From: a bacterium | GTDB lineage: Bacteria; Patescibacteriota; Minisyncoccia; UBA6257; WO2-44-18 | Length of the DNA: 64,000 nucleotides | Assembly (NCBI GenBank): GCA_030646995.1 | Contig: JAUSKF010000004.1 | Location: 20,404 to 84,403 of the forward strand | Direction of reading: 5' to 3' | Shown: in pieces, positions 56,500 through 64,000 of the stretch | Layout: the number at the start of each line of letters is the position of its first letter | How positions within the stretch are numbered: position 1 is the stretch's first letter | Translations under genes and position numbers: made by a program | The notes under the pieces: model-generated | What the model was told of the DNA's origin: nothing | The model's input: the letters and a program-made list of their open reading frames with translations, nothing else | Database searches by the model: none

Positions 56500-59400
56500 A
56501 TGCCTAAATTTACTCACTTACATACCCACTCCCATTACTCTCTTCTTGATGGCCTCGCTAAAATTGACCAGCTAGTAGACCGCGCCAAGGAGTTAGGAAT
56601 GGATTCGCTAGCCCTAACCGACCACGGCAATCTTTACGGCGCCATCGAATTTTATAAAGTCGCCAAAGCCGCAGGCATCAAACCGATTATCGGCGTGGAG
56701 GCCTACATCATGCCGGAAAAAGAAAACGCCACGGAAAGATATTTCCATATGATTTTGCTCTGCCAGAACGAAACCGGCTGGAAGAATCTTTTAAAACTGA
56801 TTACTCACGCCAACTTCGAAGGCTTCTATTATAAGCCGCGTATCAACAAAGATTTTTTACGAAAACACAGCGAAGGGCTGATTGCACTCTCCGCTTGCCT
56901 GTCTGGTGAAGTCGGGCGAAATATTTTGAATAACCAAAATGCGGAGGCAGAAAGGGTGGCGCTGGATTATGAAAGTATTTTCGGCAAAGGAAAATTCTTT
57001 CTTGAAACCGGCTATCACCCCGGCATTAAAGAAACCATCAAAGTTCACAAGGGCGTAGTTGAGCTATCTAAAAAAACCGGCATTCCTCTGATCGCGACTC
57101 ACGATGTTCATTATTTAAAAGCTGAAGATGCGAAATATCACGACATTTTGTTGGCGGTTCAGACCGGCAACAAACTTGACGACCCTGATCGCCTCTCGCT
57201 GAAAGACGACGACTTCTCAATGAAGTCTCCTGACGAAATGGCGGAAATGTTCAAAGATTTGCCGGAGGCTATCAGCAATACGCAGGTGGTTGCAGACCAA
57301 TGCAATCTGGAAATCGAATTAAATAAAATCCGATTGCCGAAATTTGAAGTTCCGGAAGGCGAAACACCCAATACTCACATGCGAAAGTTGGTAGCCGAGC
57401 GGCTGGCTTACCGCTACCCGAATCCAACACAAGAAGTAAAAGACCGCATAGAATTTGAAATGAGCGTGGTGGAGAAGATGGGTTTTGCCGATTATTTCTT
57501 GATTGTGCAGGATTTTGTGAATTGGGCGAAAGACCGAGGGGTAGTCGTAGGGCCGGGCCGTGGTTCCGCCGCCGGTAGCATTCTCTCCTATATACTGCGC
57601 ATTACCGATATTGACCCGATTAAATACGACCTCCTTTTTGAACGCTTCTTGAACCCAGACCGTATCCAGATGCCTGATATCGACATAGATATCACCGACA
57701 AACGCCGCGACGAGGTGTTCGGATATCTGCGCGAAAAATACGGCGAAGATCACGTCGCCCACATTATTACCTTCGGAACGATGGCAGCGCGCGCCGCAGT
57801 CCGTGACGTAGGTCGCGCGATGGGCATCAGTTATGGATTTTGCGACCAACTCGCCAAGCTAATCCCCTTCAACCAAGACCTCGAAGAGGCGATGGAGAAT
57901 GAAGACTTGAAAAAACTTTACGACACCCAACCCGACGCCAAAAAGATTCTTGATGCCGCGCGGAAAATGGAAGGCGTTGCCCGTCATGCTTCGGTGCACG
58001 CCTGCGGCACAGTTATTTCCGGCGCCCCGCTGACGGATTATATGCCGCTCCAAAAAGCTCCGCAGGATCCGGATGTGACCGTCACTCAATTTGAAATGCA
58101 CAGCGTTGAAGACCTTGGCCTTTTAAAAATGGACTTACTGGGATTAAAAAACCTGACCATCATCGAAGACGCCGTCCGCCTGATTAATGAAACCTATCCC
58201 GATAAAGTTGATATCAACAAACTTCCGGAAAATGACCCGAAGGCTTTCAAGCTTTTCCAAGCTGGCGACACCACCGGCGTCTTCCAGTTGGAATCTTCAG
58301 GAATGAAGCGCTACCTCAAAGAATTAAAACCGACCGAGCTAGAAGACATCATCGCCATGGTTTCTCTATATCGCCCGGGTCCGATGGAACTTATCCCAAG
58401 CTACATTGCCCGCAAGCATGGCTTGGAAAAAGTCGTCTACCTCCATCAGAAGCTGGAGCCAATCATGAGAAAGACTTACGGCGTGGGCGTTTATCAGGAG
58501 CAAATGATGAGAATCGCGCGTGATTTGGCCGGCTTTACTCTTGCTGAAGCCGACGGACTTCGAAAAGCTATCGGCAAAAAAATCAAAGCTCTGTTGGATC
58601 AGCAGAAGGGCAAGTTAATAAACGGGATGATTGCGAATGGAATTGATAAAAAAATCGCCGAGGAAATCTGGGAATTGTTCCCGCCATTCGCCCGCTACGG
58701 CTTCAACCGCTCACACGCCGCCTGCTACGCCACCATCGCCTACCAAACCGCCTACCTGAAAGCTCATTATCCCGTGGAGTTTATGGCCAGCCTGCTCAAT
58801 TCCGAATCCGGAGATGTAGATCGTATCGCCGAGCTGATGTCGGAGTGCAAGAAAATGAGCATCGCCGTTTTGCCGCCGGATATAAACAAAAGCTCGGCGG
58901 ATTTCACTGCCGATAACGGCAATATCCGCTTCGGATTGGCGGCGATTAAAAACGTGGGCGAAAATATCGTACAGGTAATTATTGAGGAGCGTCAGCGTGG
59001 AGGTGAATTTAAAAAACTTTCCGAGATGATTTACCGTGTGCTTCACCGCGATTTGAACAAAAAATCAATGGAAAGCTTGGCGAAATGCGGCGCCTTTGAC
59101 TCCTTCGGCTTAGAACGCAATGCCATTCTTACGAATATGGAAGAGATTTTGAAGTTCAGCCAAGGCATCAGGAAAAATAAAGAAAGTTCTCAAGTTGGCC
59201 TCTTCGCCAATCCATTCGCCAACCTTTCTATTAAATTCCAGCCGGCCACTCCTGCTACCTCGCACGAGAAGCTGACTTGGGAGCGCGAATTGCTGGGTCT
59301 TTATGTGTCGGACCATCCGTTGAACGTGCACCGCGAAAAAATTGCCGCCAAGGGCGCTAAGCCTATCAAACAGGTAAAGCTAATGACCTCCGGCGTCGTG

Positions 59401-59634
59401 AATATTGCCGGCCTCATCTCCACGGCGAAAAAAATTATGACTAAAAATGGGAAGCCGATGATGTTTGTGAAAGTGGATGGCTTAGATGATTCGGTGGAAG
59501 TGGTGGTCTTCCCCGATATAATGGCAAAATACGCCAATCTTTGGGTGGAAAATAAGATTGTGCTAGTCTCCGGCAAAGTCTCCCCCCGCGACGGTGAATG
59601 TAAGATCATTTGTGATTGGGTGCAGGAACTATAA
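56500..59634 (+). CDS. dnaE: DNA polymerase III alpha subunit
   Basis: HLHTHSHYSLLDG, GRGSAAGS, MPDIDID, YGFNRSH, OB fold; ATG at 56500. Confidence 0.97.
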   Translation: MPKFTHLHTHSHYSLLDGLAKIDQLVDRAKELGMDSLALTDHGNLYGAIEFYKVAKAAGIKPIIGVEAYIMPEKENATERYFHMILLCQNETGWKNLLKLITHANFEGFYYKPRINKDFLRKHSEGLIALSACLSGEVGRNILNNQNAEAERVALDYESIFGKGKFFLETGYHPGIKETIKVHKGVVELSKKTGIPLIATHDVHYLKAEDAKYHDILLAVQTGNKLDDPDRLSLKDDDFSMKSPDEMAEMFKDLPEAISNTQVVADQCNLEIELNKIRLPKFEVPEGETPNTHMRKLVAERLAYRYPNPTQEVKDRIEFEMSVVEKMGFADYFLIVQDFVNWAKDRGVVVGPGRGSAAGSILSYILRITDIDPIKYDLLFERFLNPDRIQMPDIDIDITDKRRDEVFGYLREKYGEDHVAHIITFGTMAARAAVRDVGRAMGISYGFCDQLAKLIPFNQDLEEAMENEDLKKLYDTQPDAKKILDAARKMEGVARHASVHACGTVISGAPLTDYMPLQKAPQDPDVTVTQFEMHSVEDLGLLKMDLLGLKNLTIIEDAVRLINETYPDKVDINKLPENDPKAFKLFQAGDTTGVFQLESSGMKRYLKELKPTELEDIIAMVSLYRPGPMELIPSYIARKHGLEKVVYLHQKLEPIMRKTYGVGVYQEQMMRIARDLAGFTLAEADGLRKAIGKKIKALLDQQKGKLINGMIANGIDKKIAEEIWELFPPFARYGFNRSHAACYATIAYQTAYLKAHYPVEFMASLLNSESGDVDRIAELMSECKKMSIAVLPPDINKSSADFTADNGNIRFGLAAIKNVGENIVQVIIEERQRGGEFKKLSEMIYRVLHRDLNKKSMESLAKCGAFDSFGLERNAILTNMEEILKFSQGIRKNKESSQVGLFANPFANLSIKFQPATPATSHEKLTWERELLGLYVSDHPLNVHREKIAAKGAKPIKQVKLMTSGVVNIAGLISTAKKIMTKNGKPMMFVKVDGLDDSVEVVVFPDIMAKYANLWVENKIVLVSGKVSPRDGECKIICDWVQEL

Positions 59635-59670
59635 ATAAAAAAACGCCGCCCAGATAGGGCGGCGGATCTA

Positions 59671-60381
59671 CTAATAAAAAGAGTCCCAGCTAGCGGCGTA
59701 CTTGATGGCGAACTTCTTCTGAGCCTCGGTCCAAGGAATTACTTCCGGTGTTCCTTTGAACGGGCCAGAGGCTTTCTGAAAGGCGGCCTGATAAAGATTC
59801 CAGTTGTCGCTATCTTTGACGAACTCGCCACACTGCCTAACAAGCTTAATCCTTTTCTTCTCAAGAAGATCACGCTGGATCCGACTCATCACTTCCTCAG
59901 CGTAAAGAGGAGTCTGACAGATTTGAATGACGAGATGACCGTCGTCACGCAAAATACGCAAGGCCTCCTTGATCATCGCCCACTTAGCCCCTTCGGTGAT
60001 ACAGGTTTCATCCGGATAAGGCTCTGAAACTGGCGTAGTGCCTGGGATCGGAGCCGAAAGTATATCCGAAAGAAGCACAACATCTGCAGAGCCAGTTGCG
60101 ATCCTAAGGCTTCTCGCATCTCCGGCTTTAAAAGAAATCTTAGATGTGTCAAACCATGACCACTTTTTCTCCTTGATGGATTTCTTACAAGAAGCAATCG
60201 ACTCTTTATGCCGATCAATCCCGATATATCGATCCCCTTCCTTGATTGCCAAAAAATCCCTTGAAAGCGGCGTTGAGTAAATCAAACGCTCCTTAGATCT
60301 TGCCTCCTGTTCAATATCAACAAAAACCGGCCTCGCGCCACAACCGATATCGACGACCAGCCGACCTTTCGTTTCAGGCAT
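59671..60381 (-). CDS. Class I SAM-dependent methyltransferase-like protein
   Basis: VDIGCG, YIGID, GDA, EALRIL--DG. Confidence 0.75.
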   Translation of the reverse strand: MPETKGRLVVDIGCGARPVFVDIEQEARSKERLIYSTPLSRDFLAIKEGDRYIGIDRHKESIASCKKSIKEKKWSWFDTSKISFKAGDARSLRIATGSADVVLLSDILSAPIPGTTPVSEPYPDETCITEGAKWAMIKEALRILRDDGHLVIQICQTPLYAEEVMSRIQRDLLEKKRIKLVRQCGEFVKDSDNWNLYQAAFQKASGPFKGTPEVIPWTEAQKKFAIKYAASWDSFY

Positions 60382-60499
60382 ACGATATTCCTTTTTAAGA
60401 GGATTGAGATGTTAAGCTTCTGCTTGATATATTACAAGATTATTAGATTAAAGTCAAGCTCAATGGACTTGATTGTATTTTATGAGTAAAATTGTATCT

Positions 60500-62248
60500 A
60501 TGGCTTCCGAAACTAATCTAGAAAATATTCGCCACTCGCTCGCCCATTTGTTAGCGGCGGCGGTTTTAAAAAAATATCCGAAAGTAAAACTCGGTATTGG
60601 CCCCGTCATTGAGAACGGGTTTTATTATGATTTTGACCTGCCCGAAGCGCTGACTCCCGAAGACCTGCAAGATTTCACAAAAGAAATGCGGAAAATGATT
60701 AACGCCAAACTCCCCTTCTCGGGCGAGGAAGTTACAGCCGCGGCCGCCACCAAGCGGATGAAGGGCCAGAAATATAAGCTGGAATTAATCAAAGATTTTT
60801 CCAAAGAAGATCAGAAGCTTTCTATATATAAAACCGGCGATGTCTTTGAAGACCTTTGCCGCGGAGGCCATGTGGCCGACACTTCGGAAATAAATGCCGA
60901 AGGTTTTAAGTTGGATTCCATCGCCGGAGCTTATTGGAAAGGCAGCGAGAAAAATGCCCAGCTTCAACGTATCTATGGATTGGCCTTCGCCAACAAAAAC
61001 GAACTGGAAGCCTTCTTAAAAATGCGCGAAGAGGCCCAGAAGCGGGACCACCGCAAACTCGGCAAAGAGCTAGAACTTTTTGAGATCATTGATGAAGTCG
61101 GCCCAGGATTGCCGTTGTTCCATCCGAAAGGCGCGATCTTGCGCCGCGTCGTAGAAAACTACATCACCGAACTTCAGGAAAGCCGAGGCTACCAACCGAT
61201 CTGGATCCCCCACATTACCAAAGGCGAGCTCTACAAGATCTCCGGCCATTTGGATAAATACGACGCGATGTACCCGCCAATGAAGCTCAAAGACGAGGCG
61301 GATTACTACATCAAACCGATGAACTGCCCGCACTTTATGATGCTTTATAAAGCTCAACAGCATTCATATAAAGAGCTACCAGTGCGCTGGACCTGCACCA
61401 CCACCAACTATCGCCACGAAAAATCCGGCGAGCTTTCCGGCTTAACTCGCGTGCGCTCACTCACCCAAGACGATTGCCACGTGTTTGCCCGACCGGATCA
61501 GATAGAACCAGAAATTAATCTGATGCTGGATATGATAGAAGAGGTTTATAAAAAATTCGGCTTCAACGATTTCTGGGTCCGCATCTCCACGCGCGATCCG
61601 AATCCGCCAGCTGGCGGATCGAAAGATAAATATATCGGCGATGAGAAGGTCTGGCAGGAATCCGAAGAAGCTCTGGCTCGGCTCATCCAAAAGCGCGGCT
61701 GGAAGCATGAGATCGGCGTGGGCGAGGCCGCCTTCTATGGTCCAAAGTTGGATTTCATTTTCAAAGACGTGATTGGCCGCGATTGGCAGCTTTCCACAAT
61801 TCAATTAGATATGAACCTGCCGAAAAGATTTGATTTGGAATACACCGACACCGATGGCACCAAAAAAGCTCCAGTGGTCATTCATCGCGCAATCTTAGGC
61901 TCTACCGAGCGCTTCTTGGGAATACTCATTGAGCACTATGGCGGCGCCTTCCCTGCTTGGCTCGCTCCTGTGCAGGTAAAAATCGTGCCGATTTCAGAAA
62001 AGCATCTGGCCTATGCGGAAAAAATCAAAAAGGAATTGGTTGGCTATCGCGTAGAAATTGCTTCCGAAAACGACACGCTTGGGAAAAAAATCCGCAACGC
62101 TGAAAAGGAAAAAGTGCCGTTCTTGGCGGTGGTTGGAGATAAAGAAATGGAAAGCGGCATGGTTAGCCTGCGCGAACACGGCGGCAAAGACCACGGCTCG
62201 ATAAGTGTAGAAAAACTGAAAGAAATGCTCCGGAGTAATCGCGAATAA
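60500..62248 (+). CDS. thrS: Threonyl-tRNA synthetase
   Basis: RHSLAHLLA, DLCRGGH, GAYW-G, RDHRKLG, KPMNCP, GEAAFYGPK, HRAILGS-ERF; start may be 60482 or 60500. Confidence 0.97.
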   Translation: MASETNLENIRHSLAHLLAAAVLKKYPKVKLGIGPVIENGFYYDFDLPEALTPEDLQDFTKEMRKMINAKLPFSGEEVTAAAATKRMKGQKYKLELIKDFSKEDQKLSIYKTGDVFEDLCRGGHVADTSEINAEGFKLDSIAGAYWKGSEKNAQLQRIYGLAFANKNELEAFLKMREEAQKRDHRKLGKELELFEIIDEVGPGLPLFHPKGAILRRVVENYITELQESRGYQPIWIPHITKGELYKISGHLDKYDAMYPPMKLKDEADYYIKPMNCPHFMMLYKAQQHSYKELPVRWTCTTTNYRHEKSGELSGLTRVRSLTQDDCHVFARPDQIEPEINLMLDMIEEVYKKFGFNDFWVRISTRDPNPPAGGSKDKYIGDEKVWQESEEALARLIQKRGWKHEIGVGEAAFYGPKLDFIFKDVIGRDWQLSTIQLDMNLPKRFDLEYTDTDGTKKAPVVIHRAILGSTERFLGILIEHYGGAFPAWLAPVQVKIVPISEKHLAYAEKIKKELVGYRVEIASENDTLGKKIRNAEKEKVPFLAVVGDKEMESGMVSLREHGGKDHGSISVEKLKEMLRSNRE

Positions 62249-62303
62249 TGCGAATTAAAGAGGTAATATTGCGAATAATAAACTCTTAAGAAAAAGCCCC
62301 CCG

Positions 62304-62747
62304 TTAACCCGGGGGTCTTTTGAATGCCTGCGCCATTATGCCGTCTTTATTGTGAATTGCCAGAGTAATTTCTTTAAAGGGCGCGACCTTTTCTCTAGAA
62401 TTCATCTCCAACTCATCACCTTTTTCCATTAGGAACCAGCGCCCGCCCAAACACACCGCCTGTTGCCCTCCACTCGATTCCAGCTCACTGAAGAAGCCCC
62501 AATTCTGCATCGCAAGCTCCTTTCCGAAAACCTTGAAAGCATGACAGACGACCATATTGTCATCATTAAGCTTTCCCTGCGAGTCATCCAAAAAATATAC
62601 ATCAGTATGACCAATCCAGTATTTATCTTTGGTTCTCGTAGAAAATAAGCTTGAGTCCAGTCCGGACCCCCGGATTGAAAGATAAAAATTATCCACGAAA
62701 ACCCATTTCCGATCGGGGTTGCCGATCGGAGAAACGATTTCTCTCAT
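62304..62747 (-). CDS. Hypothetical protein
   Basis: 147-aa ORF with AGGGGA SD-like sequence, between thrS and gatB. Confidence 0.55.
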   Translation of the reverse strand: MREIVSPIGNPDRKWVFVDNFYLSIRGSGLDSSLFSTRTKDKYWIGHTDVYFLDDSQGKLNDDNMVVCHAFKVFGKELAMQNWGFFSELESSGGQQAVCLGGRWFLMEKGDELEMNSREKVAPFKEITLAIHNKDGIMAQAFKRPPG

Positions 62748-62790
62748 CGGTGGTCCCCTAAATGTTCTACGCCAATTTTAACACAAAAAA

Positions 62791-63999
62791 TTACTTTTTT
62801 AAGGTCTCCTCGAAAATCTTCCGCAACACCTCCGGATTACCCGAACCCTTCAAAGCGCCCATTGCCCGGCCAACTAAAAATTGCACCGCCGCCATTTTTC
62901 CTTTGCGATAATCCTCGATTGCCTTCGGATTCTCGGCGATAATTTTATCCACAATCGGTTGTAGAGCTCCTTCATCAGAAACCTGCGCCAACCCTTCCTT
63001 TTTCATAATCTCCCTCGGGTCTAATCCTGTTTCCATCATTTTTACCAAGATATCCTTAGCGCCACGGCTGGAAATTTCCTTTTTACTGATTAACACAATC
63101 AAATCAGCGAAGTTTTCCGCGTCAATCTTCAATTCCGAGAAAGTCAGCCCTTTATCCATAATCAAACCCCAAAGATCGCTGGTCAGATAATTAAAGGCCA
63201 ATTTTATTTTTTCCAGTGCTCCCGATTCATCTTCCTCGCGGATTTCCGAAACCGTTTCTTCAAAAAATTGCGCCGCTTCACGATTTTGAATCAAAGCCTC
63301 CGCCTGCTCCGGCAGGAGACCATATTCTTTTGTGAAGCGCAGACGCTTGGCGTGCGGCAATTCAGGAACTTCCAACTTCAATTTTTTCAAATCAAAACCG
63401 GCCAAGTCCAACGGCGGTAGATCAGGCTCCGGGAAATATCGATAATCGTGCGCCTCTTCTTTCAAGCGCTGGGAGAAGGTGGAATTTTTTGCATCATCCC
63501 AACCCCTCGTCTCCTGCACCACTTTTCCTCCGGACTTTATAAGTTCTTCCTGCCTCTTTAGTTCGTAATTAATCGCGCCAAAAACCGCCCTAAAAGAATT
63601 GATGTTTTTCACCTCAACTTTAGTCCCCATATTCAAGCTAATATTGGCCTCCACGCGCATCTGACCCTTTTCCATATCCGCATCCGAAATGCCCAAATAA
63701 CGCAAAATTAGCTGTAATTCCTTGCCAAACTGCACCGCCTGCTCGGCGCTGGTGATATCCGGCTCGGTTACCAATTCCATCAATGGGACGCTGGAACGGT
63801 TATAGTCCACATAAGAAGATTTACCGTCTTCAGAGTGAGCTAATCGGCCAGTGTCTTCTTCAAGGTGAATACGACGCAAGCGGACTCCCAATAATGAACC
63901 ACCGAATACAAACGGCAGGTCGTATTGAGAAAGTTGATAAGCTTTGGGCAGGTCAGGGTAAAAATAATTTTTCCGGTCGAATTTAGAAAACTGCGGAAT
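62791..63999 (-). CDS. gatB: Asp/Glu-tRNA amidotransferase subunit B (5' truncated by window)
   Basis: FDRKNYFYPDLPKAYQLSQ, IHLEED, PLMELVTEP, VEVKNINSF, YRYFPEPDLPP. Confidence 0.97.
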   Translation of the reverse strand: MPQFSKFDRKNYFYPDLPKAYQLSQYDLPFVFGGSLLGVRLRRIHLEEDTGRLAHSEDGKSSYVDYNRSSVPLMELVTEPDITSAEQAVQFGKELQLILRYLGISDADMEKGQMRVEANISLNMGTKVEVKNINSFRAVFGAINYELKRQEELIKSGGKVVQETRGWDDAKNSTFSQRLKEEAHDYRYFPEPDLPPLDLAGFDLKKLKLEVPELPHAKRLRFTKEYGLLPEQAEALIQNREAAQFFEETVSEIREEDESGALEKIKLAFNYLTSDLWGLIMDKGLTFSELKIDAENFADLIVLISKKEISSRGAKDILVKMMETGLDPREIMKKEGLAQVSDEGALQPIVDKIIAENPKAIEDYRKGKMAAVQFLVGRAMGALKGSGNPEVLRKIFEETLKK

Positions 64000-64000
64000 A

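Noticed and set aside
1-64000. CRISPR array, rRNA, prophage or transposase
   Set aside because: No regularly spaced direct repeats, rRNA-like sequence, or phage, integrase or transposase ORFs were recognised.

Overview
Bacterial chromosomal segment read with the standard code. The compact genes, short DnaX/SMC/ThrS and gene content suggest a Patescibacteria (CPR, Parcubacteria-like) genome; this is inference, with no marker tree. The backbone is housekeeping: glycosyltransferases, rsmE, nfo, rdgB, a metal ABC transporter, mraY, scpAB, dnaX, obgE, murF-ftsI-rsmH-mraZ, rplJL, trmD-KH-rpsP, smc, ftsH, rnc, nusB, rpmF, dnaE, thrS, gatB, and tRNA-Gln and tRNA-Val, interspersed with stand-alone orphan genes. 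The main accessory system is a diversity-generating retroelement (DGR) at about 34.0-38.4 kb. It has a DGR-type reverse transcriptase, an Avd-like gene, a 134-bp template repeat and a target gene whose variable repeat differs from it almost only at template adenines. Its architecture is unusual. RT and avd overlap head-to-head across one C10/G10 tract that puts BOTH genes out of frame with their nearest ATG, and a C9 or C12 tract would restore both, so it is a candidate dual phase-variation switch. A second target-like gene shares the promoter/leader but ends in a VR-like tail that the local TR cannot template. The window also holds a five-copy covarying structured element, a two-copy 265-nt structured leader, and palindromes inserted in-frame into housekeeping proteins. 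All alignments and counts were done by eye and no database was searched.
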